DNA from: Planctomycetota bacterium
GTDB lineage: Bacteria; Planctomycetota; UBA8108; SXIK01
Length of the DNA stretch: 64,000 nucleotides
Direction: 5' to 3'
Assembly: GCA_965223845.1 (NCBI GenBank)
Contig: CBDCXR010000004.1
Location: forward strand, 7,136,001-7,200,000
Shown here: positions 19,465-28,758 of the stretch, in pieces
Layout: each line of letters opens with the position of its first letter
How positions within the stretch are numbered: position 1 is the stretch's first letter
The notes under the pieces: generated by a model
Databases searched by the model: none
Told to the model about the DNA's origin: nothing
What the model saw: the letters and a program-made list of their open reading frames with translations, nothing else
Position numbers and translations under genes: made by a program

Positions 19465-21084
19465 ATGTCTGACGACGCGCCGACCTTCCCCACGTCCGCC
19501 GTTCCGCCGGAGCGGGCGGGCGGCACGGGCCCGGCGGTCGATTCCGATCGCGACCGCTATGCGCGAGAGGGATGGTTCGCGCTCGGCGCATCTCTTCTCG
19601 TCGGCTGCACCGTCGTTTCGCTTCTTTCGGGCGAGTTCGTTCACGGCGAGCGATACCTCGAGCGCCCGATCCTAGAGGTCGTCGTCCTTCTCCTTGCCGG
19701 GGGCGCTCTCTACTTGGTTGCGGCGCTCCGGTGCCGAGAGCGCGCGCCGACGCTTCGCTTCGTCATCATCGTCTCGGTTCTCGCGCGCGCTCTGCTCCTG
19801 CTCGGACAACCGATCCAAGAGGACGATTTCTATCGGTATCTGTGGGACGGACGCGTCGCATCCACCGGAGTGAGCTCGTATCGATTCAGCCCCGCGGAAG
19901 TCGACGAGGTTCGATTGCGTCCCGACGCTGCCGCGGCCGAGGATCGCGTTCCGCTCGTCCGTCTCTCGGAGCTTTCCGAACAGACTCCGGCGCTCGCGAC
20001 CGGATTCGAGCGCATCAACAATCGCGAGTACGCGACGATCTACCCACCGCTCGCGCAGATCGTATTTCGGGCGGGTGCATCGATCATCCCCGTCGAGTGG
20101 GACATCGCTCACCAAGTGCGCGCGCTGCGCGCGCTGATCGTCCTCTTCGATCTCGGCATTTTCTTCGCCGTCGTCGCTCTCCTGCGATCCGCGGGGCGAC
20201 CCCCAGGCTGGGCACTTCTCTACGGTTGGTGCCCACTCGTCCTCAAAGAGTTCAGCAACTCGGGGCACATGGATGCGATCCCCGGCTTTTTTCTCGCGTG
20301 GTCGCTCGTCGCGCTCCTCTCGCGCTGCGGCGTCTTCTGCGGGATCCTTCTCGGTGCGGCGATCGCGGCGAAATTCTACGCCGCGGCTCTTCTTCCGCTC
20401 GCGTTCGTACGGCTGGGCGTTCGTCGGGGCGGACTGGCCGTCGCGACGGCGATCGCGTTGATCGTTCTGGTGAACGCGACGAGCGACAGCGGTTTGCGTT
20501 ACCGCGAGACCTTGGTCGAGTTCACGTTTCTCTGGGAAAAGAACTCCGCCCTGTTCGCGTGGATGCAATCGATCGCGGGGACTCTCGCGGGAACCGAGCT
20601 CGTCGATCTCGCGATCCCGCTCGCTCGAGGTCACGCGCCGCTCGACGTCGCCGTTCCGATCGATCGCCTCATCGCGCTCGGGGCCGCGGGTGCGCTCCTC
20701 GCTCTCATCACGGTCCTTTCGGCCCGCGGCGCTCGCCGAGTGACGCGCCCCGAAGTTCTTCGGCGGGCGTTCGTCGTTCTCGCGTCGGTGTTCTTGATCG
20801 GGCCGCTCGGATTCCCGTGGTACTTCACGTGGTGCGTACCTCTCCTCGCCTTCGTTCGCGCGCGGAGCTGGTTCGTGCTTCCGGGGCTGCTGAGTCTCTA
20901 CTACGTATTCTTCTGGGTGATCTACCACCACGAGGAGTCGTGGCTTGGATTTACTCCGGGCGACGAGTTCTTCCATCGCGCGGTGGTCGCGCTCGAGTTC
21001 GGCGCGTTCTTCGCGAGCCTCGCGTACGAAGCTTGGCGTACCCGCCGGGGAAGCTATTCCCGCGAGCGCGACTTCTCGATGTAG
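19465..21084 (+). CDS. GT87/DUF2029-like polytopic membrane glycosyltransferase
   Basis: EDDFYRYLWDGRV, TIYPPLAQ, YGWCPLVLKE-SGHMD, FPWY; many TM helices. Confidence 0.85.
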   Translation: MSDDAPTFPTSAVPPERAGGTGPAVDSDRDRYAREGWFALGASLLVGCTVVSLLSGEFVHGERYLERPILEVVVLLLAGGALYLVAALRCRERAPTLRFVIIVSVLARALLLLGQPIQEDDFYRYLWDGRVASTGVSSYRFSPAEVDEVRLRPDAAAAEDRVPLVRLSELSEQTPALATGFERINNREYATIYPPLAQIVFRAGASIIPVEWDIAHQVRALRALIVLFDLGIFFAVVALLRSAGRPPGWALLYGWCPLVLKEFSNSGHMDAIPGFFLAWSLVALLSRCGVFCGILLGAAIAAKFYAAALLPLAFVRLGVRRGGLAVATAIALIVLVNATSDSGLRYRETLVEFTFLWEKNSALFAWMQSIAGTLAGTELVDLAIPLARGHAPLDVAVPIDRLIALGAAGALLALITVLSARGARRVTRPEVLRRAFVVLASVFLIGPLGFPWYFTWCVPLLAFVRARSWFVLPGLLSLYYVFFWVIYHHEESWLGFTPGDEFFHRAVVALEFGAFFASLAYEAWRTRRGSYSRERDFSM

Positions 21085-22838
21085 CGTGCGACGTTCTCTT
21101 CGAGCAGCGTGAGCGGAACGCTGCCACTTAGCAGAACGACATCGTGAAACTCGCGCACATCGAAGCGCGCCCCGAGCTCGCGCTCGGCGCGTCGGCGAAG
21201 CTCGGTGATCTTGAGCTCGCCCATCTTGTACGCGAGCGCCTGACCCGGCCACGCGATATAGCGGTCGATCTCTGTCTCGACCGTGTGCAGGGTGAGCGCG
21301 GTGTTCTCGGCCATGAATTCGATCGCACGCTCGCGCGACCAGCCGAGCGCGTGCATGCCCGTGTCGACGACGAGGCGACACGCGCGCCACATCTCGTACG
21401 TGAGGCGTCCGAAGTCACTGTACGGATCCCGATAGAACCCGACTTCGAGGCCCAGTCGCTCGGAGTAGAGCGCCCAGCCTTCGATGAACGCCGTGAAACG
21501 CGAGAAGCGCCGAAACTCCGGAACGTCCTCGAGCTCTTGCTGAAGGGCGAGCTGCAGGTGGTGTCCGGGAACTGCCTCGTGGTAGGAGAGCGCCTCGACT
21601 TCGTAGAGCGGGCGGCTGTCGAGCTTGTAGGTGTTGATGAAATAGATGCCAGGGCGCGTACCGTCTCCCGACGGCAGCTGGTAATAGGCCGGTGTCGTTT
21701 TCGGGGCGATGTAATCGGGTACCGGCTCGATTCCGTAAGGCATCCGCGGCAGCGTTTTGAAGAGGAGGGGGAGTTTCCCGTCCATGTTCTTGAGGACGAG
21801 CGCCGTCTCTTTGAACAGCTCCTCCGGTGTCTCGACATAGAAGCGAGGATCGGTGCGAAGAAACCTGAGAAACTCCGCGAACGTGCCGTCGAACTCGACC
21901 TTCGCGATGATCGCCGCCATCTCGCGGCGGAGGCGCGTCACCTCGGCGAGACCGACGGCGTGGACTTCTTCGGGACCGACGTCGAGCGTCGTAAAGCGGC
22001 GCACGCGGTGAGCGTAGAACTTCTCTCCGTTCGGAAGAGCGCTCGCGGCGATCGACTCCCGGCAGGACGGGAAGTACTCGCGCTGCCAGAACTCGAGAAA
22101 GCGCTCGTACGCGGGAACGACGTTCTCGGCGATCGCCGCACGGGCATCGGCCCGAAGCCGTTCGGCGTCGGCGGGCGAGATGCTCTGGGGAATCTCTCTA
22201 AACGGCGCGTAGAGCGCGCTCGTTTCTGGAGCCTCCGTGATGTGAGCGGAAATCGATCCCTCGTAGCCCTCGAGAACGACTTTGGGGAGAACGTAGCCGG
22301 AGCGTACGCCTTCGCGAAGGAGCTCGATGTGCTCGTCGGTGAATCGTCCGAACGCTCGGAGGCGCGCGAGGTAATCGTCGAAGTCACGCACCGTCACGAA
22401 CGAGAGCTTCTTCGGCAGCTCCGGAAACTCGATGTGAAATCCGGAACGGTTCGTGATCGGGATGAGATGAGAGTGAAACGCGTGTTCGGCGAGATGATCC
22501 TCGTTCACTCTCCGGAAGATGTCGTAGTTGACCTGGTCGTTCCGGGTGAGTTGATCACGCGGAATGGCGTCGAGCCGGAGAAGAAACTCGCGCCGCGCGT
22601 CGGCTCGGCGCTGGATGTCGTCTCGACTCATCCCGCGTAGGCGATCGTTGCCGCGGCGATCGCCGAGCGTCGTCGCGAAGACGGGATTCTCCTCGAGGTG
22701 AAACTCCCACGCGTCGCGAAAGAGCCCTCGAAGGCGAAGCTTGGCGCTCTTCGCTTCGAGCGTGAAGCACCCCGGGAGGAAGCCGCAGAGAGCTAGTGAA
22801 ACGACGAGTTTCCCAACATTCAGCCGATACCTGCGCAT
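21054..22838 (-). CDS. DUF885 family protein (metallopeptidase-like, probable lipoprotein)
   Basis: HEAVPGHHLQ, AFIEGWALYSE, RACRLVVDTGMH, EIDRYIAWPGQALAYKMG, FHDVVL; lipobox-like FLPGC. Confidence 0.92.
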   Translation of the reverse strand: MRRYRLNVGKLVVSLALCGFLPGCFTLEAKSAKLRLRGLFRDAWEFHLEENPVFATTLGDRRGNDRLRGMSRDDIQRRADARREFLLRLDAIPRDQLTRNDQVNYDIFRRVNEDHLAEHAFHSHLIPITNRSGFHIEFPELPKKLSFVTVRDFDDYLARLRAFGRFTDEHIELLREGVRSGYVLPKVVLEGYEGSISAHITEAPETSALYAPFREIPQSISPADAERLRADARAAIAENVVPAYERFLEFWQREYFPSCRESIAASALPNGEKFYAHRVRRFTTLDVGPEEVHAVGLAEVTRLRREMAAIIAKVEFDGTFAEFLRFLRTDPRFYVETPEELFKETALVLKNMDGKLPLLFKTLPRMPYGIEPVPDYIAPKTTPAYYQLPSGDGTRPGIYFINTYKLDSRPLYEVEALSYHEAVPGHHLQLALQQELEDVPEFRRFSRFTAFIEGWALYSERLGLEVGFYRDPYSDFGRLTYEMWRACRLVVDTGMHALGWSRERAIEFMAENTALTLHTVETEIDRYIAWPGQALAYKMGELKITELRRRAERELGARFDVREFHDVVLLSGSVPLTLLEENVARYIEKSRSRE

Positions 22839-22974
22839 CGTTTTCGCCTCCGCCGATCGACACCGCGGCCCTCCCTGCGAGGACGCACTCGTGGAAGCGC
22901 GATCATACGGAGCGCCACGACCGATCGTAAACACCAACCGCTCGTACGTCTCGTTCAGCGCAGGGCGCGGCGCC

Positions 22975-24441
22975 TCAGCCGAAGATCTCGGTGATCGGAC
23001 GTCCAGTCGCGAGGACGTGTGGCCGGCGGAGATGATCGTGAATCTCCGTTTCGGGGTCGATCCCGAGCGCGTAGTAGATCGTCGCGGCGATGTCTTCGGG
23101 TGTCACCGGGTCGCGCGTCGGGTAGGCGGCGTAGCGATCGCTCGCGCCGTAAATCGCTCCGGGCGCCACGCCGCCGCCGGCGAGGAGCACGGAGTAGCAA
23201 TGCGGCCAGTGGTCGCGTCCGCCTTTGTCCGCGCCGGCGTTGCTCGTGATCTGTCCGACCTTGGGGGTTCGCCCGAACTCGCCCATCGCGACGACGAGCG
23301 TCTCGTCGAGCAGACCGCGCTGGTGGAGATCATCGATGAGCGCCGAGAACGCGCGGTCTGTGAGCGGGAGAAGCGACTTCTTGAGGAGCGGGAAGTGCTT
23401 TCGGTGCGTGTCCCATGCCTGGCAGAAGCGCCGGCCGCCGCAGACGGTGACGAGCCGCACGCCCGCTTCGATGAGTCGACGCGCGAGGAGCATGCTCTGG
23501 CCGAGGTGGGGCACGCCGCCGAACTCGCGCGCGAGCTTCGAACGGTCGGAGGCGTGGTCGAATCCGAAGCGCTCGCGGACGGCATCCGGTTCGCGCTCGA
23601 GGTCGAAGGCGTCGCGCGCCGACGAAGAACCCAGAAGCTGAAACGCCTTCTGGTGGTAGGTATCGAGTTCGCGAAATCGCCGGGAGTCGCCGAGACCGTC
23701 GAGAGTTCGCGCCATCATCTCGCCGAAGAGCCGTCGGCGGCGAGCGAAGCGTGAGTTCGTGAGGCCACCGGCGAGCTGGAGGCCGGTCGGCTTCCAAGCA
23801 TCGACGCTCGGATCACCCGTGACGTACGGATCGGTCTCCGCGCCGAGGAACCCGCCGAACTGTCCCGGAAGATCGAATCCCAGGTTCGAGAGCACCTCGG
23901 GGACGTGGACGAAATCGGGGAGAGGACTTCCGGTCGGTCGAAGCGCGGCGAGAGCGGCGCCGTAAGTCGGAAACAACTTTCTCGACGGCGCGCGGATGAG
24001 TTCACCGCCGTCGTCCGGCGGCCGGCCAGTAAGGACGTAGTACGCCCCCGCGTTGTGATCGTTGACGTTGTGCCGGACGGTGCGAACCTGGGCGAAGTGA
24101 TGGATCTGCTGCGCGAATAGGGGCAGGTGTTCGCACACCTGGATCCCGGGCGTTTTTGTCGGGATCGGCTTGAACTCGCCGCGGTATTCGACCGGCGCGT
24201 CCGGCTTCATGTCCCAGAGATCCTGATGCGCCGGGCCGCCCTCCATGAAGTAGAGGATGCACGAGCGCGCGCGTCCACGCCCGGGAGCGCGCGCCGGCGA
24301 ATCGCGCCCGGCGTCGGCGCGAAGCAGCTTGGGGAGAGAGAGGCCGAAGAGACCGAGGCCGCCGAGTTGAATTGCACCGCGCCGAGACAAGGAACTCGAG
24401 CTCGGCGGAGCGGGCGCGCGGTCCGGGGCGGGGGAACTCAA
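22975..24441 (-). CDS. DUF1501 domain-containing protein (PVC-typical, TAT-like signal)
   Basis: SRR..LGGLG, GGPAHQDLWDMKP, LLARRLIEAGVR, WDTH, MGEFGRTP, GRDHW. Confidence 0.93.
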   Translation of the reverse strand: MSSPAPDRAPAPPSSSSLSRRGAIQLGGLGLFGLSLPKLLRADAGRDSPARAPGRGRARSCILYFMEGGPAHQDLWDMKPDAPVEYRGEFKPIPTKTPGIQVCEHLPLFAQQIHHFAQVRTVRHNVNDHNAGAYYVLTGRPPDDGGELIRAPSRKLFPTYGAALAALRPTGSPLPDFVHVPEVLSNLGFDLPGQFGGFLGAETDPYVTGDPSVDAWKPTGLQLAGGLTNSRFARRRRLFGEMMARTLDGLGDSRRFRELDTYHQKAFQLLGSSSARDAFDLEREPDAVRERFGFDHASDRSKLAREFGGVPHLGQSMLLARRLIEAGVRLVTVCGGRRFCQAWDTHRKHFPLLKKSLLPLTDRAFSALIDDLHQRGLLDETLVVAMGEFGRTPKVGQITSNAGADKGGRDHWPHCYSVLLAGGGVAPGAIYGASDRYAAYPTRDPVTPEDIAATIYYALGIDPETEIHDHLRRPHVLATGRPITEIFG

Positions 24442-24572
24442 GCTTGCCTCCCAACTTCACTGGTGAAACGCCGCGATTCGACTGATGACCAAGTCGAGTC
24501 TATCCGGTTCGGCGACGCCCTTGGATCGAGAATCCGAGCTCGCCGTCGCCATCGCTTCCGCCGAGCTCCCGG

Positions 24573-25283
24573 TCAGGACGACGGCGGACGCGCGAGCGGA
24601 CGGATCTCGAGCTGGCTGACGCAAGTGCCTGGGCGCATGCGGAGGATGCTCGCACAGGCTTCGCCGACATCACGCGGCGTCGCTTTCCAGCTCGTGTCCT
24701 CGGCCGGGTCGTGACGATGCGAGGCACTGTCGACCGATCCGGGGTAGAGCGTGGTCACGTGGATTCTGCGGTCGCGAAGCTCGTGGAAGAGTGAATCCGA
24801 AAAACCCGTCACGGCGTACTTCGATGCGGCGTACCCACTTCCTCCAGGGAGGGGAACGCGGCCGGAAATGGACGAAATGTTGATGATGTGCGCGCACTGT
24901 CGCTCGAGGAGGAACGGCAGCGCCGCGCGCGTCGAGTGAAAGACCCCGCTGATGTTCGTCTCGACCATCTCGCGCCACTCTTCGAGCGAGAGCGCGAAGA
25001 TGTCTTTCCGGATCACGACGCCCGCGTTGTTGACGAGAGCATCGATTCCGCCCAGCTCGCGCGCGAGAGTTGCGACCACTTCTTCGACTGCGCTCGGATC
25101 GCGTACGTCGCAGGCTCGCGCGACCGCGATCGCTCCTTCCGCGGAGAGCTCGGCCTCGAGCTCGGTGATCTCGGGCTCCGATCGCGCGAGGAGACCGACG
25201 CCGAATCCTTCGCGCGCGAGCACCGTCGCGATGCCGCGACCGATTCCTCGACTCGCTCCGGTTACGATGACATTTCTCTTCAT
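24573..25283 (-). CDS. Short-chain dehydrogenase/reductase
   Basis: TGASRGIG, NNAG, NISS, YAASK. Confidence 0.92.
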   Translation of the reverse strand: MKRNVIVTGASRGIGRGIATVLAREGFGVGLLARSEPEITELEAELSAEGAIAVARACDVRDPSAVEEVVATLARELGGIDALVNNAGVVIRKDIFALSLEEWREMVETNISGVFHSTRAALPFLLERQCAHIINISSISGRVPLPGGSGYAASKYAVTGFSDSLFHELRDRRIHVTTLYPGSVDSASHRHDPAEDTSWKATPRDVGEACASILRMRPGTCVSQLEIRPLARPPSS

Positions 25284-26482
25284 GGCCGATCTCCGCTAGC
25301 TGTGTCGTGCGGGAAGATTCGCGCGCCGGACGCGAGGGCTGAGTCGATCACCCGCAGTTCGCGAGAAAACTCTCGGGCGTACGCTCGCTCGAGCGCCGCC
25401 CGCACGTCCGTCGCAGCGTCGGCCGAGACGAGCGTCACCGTTGCGCCGCCGAATCCGCCACCGCTCAGCTTAGCGCCGTAGACTCCCGGCACGTTTCGAG
25501 CGGCTTCGACGAGAGCATCGAGCTCTCGAATCGAGTTTCCGAAGAGATCGCGACACGATGCGTGCGAAGCGTGCATGAGCTCTCCGAGCGCCGCGAAGTC
25601 ACCGGTCGCAGCGGCCACTCGGCCGGTCTCGACGCGAGTGATTTCCTCGACGACGTGCTGCGCGCGCGGCCGATCGGACGGGTGGAGCGCTCCTGCGTGC
25701 TCGCGGAACTCTTCGGGCGACACGTCGCGCAGGGCCTCGACCGGCCGGCCGAGACTCTCGCCGAGAGCGCGCGCAGCACGTTCGCAAGACGACCGCAGCG
25801 ACGCGTATTTCCCGTCGACGAGCGCGTGCTCTACGCCCGTGTCGGAGACGAGCACGCGGAGAGTGCCCGGTGGAGTTGCGATTCGCTCGTGCTCAAGCGA
25901 TCGACAGTCGAGGTAGAGGAGACAGTCCTCGCGGCCGTAGCGCACGGAGAACTGATCGAGGAGCCCGCAGGGCATCCCCGCGAATTCGACCTCGGCGCGG
26001 CGGCAGAGCTGCGCCGTCACCATCGGGTCTTCGGGTGCTCCGCCGTAGAGCGAAAAGAGAGCATCGGCGGTCGCCGTTTCGAGCGCGGCGGAGGACGACA
26101 CGCCGGCGCCGATCGGCAGCGAAGCGACGATCGCGAGTCGCGTCGAGTCGACGTGCACGCCGGCGGCGATGATCTGCTGAACGACACCGCAGGGGTAGTT
26201 CGTCCACGAGTGCGGAACGGGTGCGAGCGAATCGAGCGCAAAGCGTCGCCGCTCGCCCATCGAATCGCTCCAGAGCTCGATCGTGCGCTCGCTCGCCGCG
26301 CCGCGTCCTCCCGCGACTGCGATCCCGAGCTCGAGCGCGGCCGAGATGATTCCCCCACCGTTGTAGTCGGTGTGGTTCCCGAGGATCTCGACGCGCCCGG
26401 GCGCGAACGCGACGCACTCGGGCGCGGAGTCGTAGTGCTCGCGATACTTCGCGGCGGCTCGGCTCCTCAGCTCTCCGTCCAT
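25280..26482 (-). CDS. galK: Galactokinase
   Basis: APGRVEILGNHTDYNGG, PIGAGVSSSAA, CGLLDQ, GAKLSGGGFGG. ATG 26482 has a GAGG RBS. Confidence 0.9.
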   Translation of the reverse strand: MDGELRSRAAAKYREHYDSAPECVAFAPGRVEILGNHTDYNGGGIISAALELGIAVAGGRGAASERTIELWSDSMGERRRFALDSLAPVPHSWTNYPCGVVQQIIAAGVHVDSTRLAIVASLPIGAGVSSSAALETATADALFSLYGGAPEDPMVTAQLCRRAEVEFAGMPCGLLDQFSVRYGREDCLLYLDCRSLEHERIATPPGTLRVLVSDTGVEHALVDGKYASLRSSCERAARALGESLGRPVEALRDVSPEEFREHAGALHPSDRPRAQHVVEEITRVETGRVAAATGDFAALGELMHASHASCRDLFGNSIRELDALVEAARNVPGVYGAKLSGGGFGGATVTLVSADAATDVRAALERAYAREFSRELRVIDSALASGARIFPHDTASGDRP

Positions 26483-26598
26483 TCTCGTCCTCACGACCGG
26501 GGAGGAGAGAGAGGATACGAGACCGCGCGCCGCGGGGCTACCACGCCCCTCGGGTCAACGGAGCGAGACGCGCGATGCGCACGGACGGCGCGGTCGGC

Positions 26599-28686
26599 CT
26601 AAATCGCAAGGCACTCGCCGAGCGGGTCGTCGGTCGGATCGAGCCCCTCGTTCGGAAAGGGAACCGCGGGGGGCGCTCCTTCGCCGAAGAGGAAGTTGAG
26701 GATCGCGATTCCGCTGCTGATGTCGACTCCGCCGGCGTCGGTGAAGTCCGCGGCATCTAGACAGCTCGGGGCTTCTTGGTCGCCGAAGAGATAGTTGAGG
26801 ACGAAGATCGCGTCGGTGACGTTGATCGACCCGCTGTGGTCGACATCGCCCCGCCGAAAGCGTCGCGGAAACGGCGGCTCGACCGAGCGGACGTGGACGT
26901 TCGCACTCTTGAGAGCAGGGGGAATGGAATCGACGCCGACCACCACGATGTTCTTGATGCGGCTCAGATTCGCGTCGTTCTCGAGGCGAAGGACAGTCGT
27001 TTCTCCCTGCGGCGCGCTCGAGAGTACGTCGACGATCAGATTGACGAGGCGAGTTCCGCGCGAGGGCGGGAGCACGACGTCATCGAAGGGGGGTTGCGTT
27101 TGGAAGAGGACGCCGACCTCGAAGTAGCGGTCGAATACGTTCGTCTGCTCGAACTCCGGTTCGATCCGCGCGTCGTCGATCGCCGTGTAGCGGTAGTCGG
27201 AGCCCGTGATCGAGAGAAAGTTCGGGTCATACGTTCCCATCACTTGGAAACCGCGGATCTCTTCCACGTACGACGCGATCACCGGGAACCAGACACCTTC
27301 TGCGCCGGGAAGAACTTGCTGGTTCGGAATTCGGTAGGAATAGAGCGGGTTCTGCACGACGACGAGATCCTCGATCGTCTTCGAGCTCTCGGCTCCTCCC
27401 GGTCCCGCGACGGTGAGCGTCACGTCGTACGAGCCCGGGTCTTGGTACGTGTGAACGGGATTCCGAACGCCGGAACTGCCGCCGTCCCCGAAGTCCCACT
27501 CCCAGTGTGTCGCGTCGCCGGTCGAGAGGTCGGTGAACTGAACGGCGAGCGGTACCCGCCCGCTCGTCGGCTCGGCGACGAAGTCGACCGCCGGGGCGCA
27601 CACATTGTTCGTGTATTGGCTCTCTCCGTTCGCCAAGTACGAGAGGTGAAGATTGCCGAATTGGTCGGCGTCGAGCGTCGGAAGGCTCTCGATGTCCGCA
27701 CTCTCGAACACCCGCGTCGCGGATGTGAGCGCCGTGTCCTGACCGACGATCGTGTAGATGTCGCCGAACTTCGCAAAGGCGATCAGGACCTTTCCCGACC
27801 GTCGGACGCGCATGCGCGGTTGCTGGACGCCTCCCGCCTCGAGGAGCTGCTGCGGTGCGAACTCCGTCTCGGAGGTGCTCGCCGAGACGTAGAGACTATT
27901 GTTGCTTTCGTACGCGATGAGAATCGTCCGCTCCGCGACTCGACCGAGCGTCGCCGAGGACTCGGGGACGAACGGCGAGTTCGTCACGCGGACGGGATCG
28001 GCAAAGGCGCCTTCGATGCCACGCGCGTAGAAGAGGTCGTTCTTCGACGAGAAGACGACGTGGACGATGTCGTCGTCACCCATGAAGACCGCGGGGTAGT
28101 CGCCTTCGTCGGCGACGATGGAGGGGTCGCCGATCTCGTCGTTCCAGTAGAGCACGCGACTCGACCCTCCGACTCGCTGCGCCCAAACGACGTGAGGATT
28201 CCCGCGGCGATCGAGGACTTGCTGCGGGGCGTAGTCGTCGAGCCGACTCGCACTCAAGCGACGCGGGGTCGTGAAGACGCCGCCGCTGTTGCGCGCGAGA
28301 TAGATGTCGCGTCCGAGTGCGGGCTCCTCCGAGTCGAGGAGAGTGTAGGTGACGTACGTGACGCCGCTCGACGTGGTGTCGAGAGACGGATCCCCGGGGA
28401 TGCCGTTCGTCTCGACCGGCAGAAGGATGTCTGCGCCCGAGCTCACGATGCGTACCGAGAGCTCTTCACCCGCAACGGTTGCGATGTTGGCGCGATCGGC
28501 CGGGTCGACCGTGAGCCGCACTTCGGTGACACGTTCATCGACTAGGACGGACGTCGGCGCTCGCCAGGTCTCCTCGCATTCGTCATCCTGGGAGCGCGCG
28601 GCGGCTAGATAACTTCCGACGAAGGCGCCGACGATCGTCGATAGAGCGATGCGGCGATATCGTGAGACAGTCTCGCTCGCAATCAT
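26599..28686 (-). CDS. Secreted protein: repeat/propeller-like region, PKD domain, cohesin-like domain, C-terminal dockerin-like domain
   Basis: PKD motif FTDLSTG..WEWDFGDG...NPVHTY-PGSYDVTLTV; C-terminal FRRGDVDHSGSINVTD...CLDAADFTDAGGVDISS; signal peptide. Confidence 0.85.
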   Translation of the reverse strand: MIASETVSRYRRIALSTIVGAFVGSYLAAARSQDDECEETWRAPTSVLVDERVTEVRLTVDPADRANIATVAGEELSVRIVSSGADILLPVETNGIPGDPSLDTTSSGVTYVTYTLLDSEEPALGRDIYLARNSGGVFTTPRRLSASRLDDYAPQQVLDRRGNPHVVWAQRVGGSSRVLYWNDEIGDPSIVADEGDYPAVFMGDDDIVHVVFSSKNDLFYARGIEGAFADPVRVTNSPFVPESSATLGRVAERTILIAYESNNSLYVSASTSETEFAPQQLLEAGGVQQPRMRVRRSGKVLIAFAKFGDIYTIVGQDTALTSATRVFESADIESLPTLDADQFGNLHLSYLANGESQYTNNVCAPAVDFVAEPTSGRVPLAVQFTDLSTGDATHWEWDFGDGGSSGVRNPVHTYQDPGSYDVTLTVAGPGGAESSKTIEDLVVVQNPLYSYRIPNQQVLPGAEGVWFPVIASYVEEIRGFQVMGTYDPNFLSITGSDYRYTAIDDARIEPEFEQTNVFDRYFEVGVLFQTQPPFDDVVLPPSRGTRLVNLIVDVLSSAPQGETTVLRLENDANLSRIKNIVVVGVDSIPPALKSANVHVRSVEPPFPRRFRRGDVDHSGSINVTDAIFVLNYLFGDQEAPSCLDAADFTDAGGVDISSGIAILNFLFGEGAPPAVPFPNEGLDPTDDPLGECLAI

Positions 28687-28758
28687 GTGGAATCTCCTCC
28701 ATTCGCCCAAACATCGGACGACAGGCGCTTGTCCGGGCGCGCGCGAGAGAAGGGGAGC

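Noticed and set aside
21054-21084. 31-bp convergent overlap of the GT87-like and DUF885 genes
   Set aside because: Short 3' overlaps are common in compact GC-rich genomes; no further signal.
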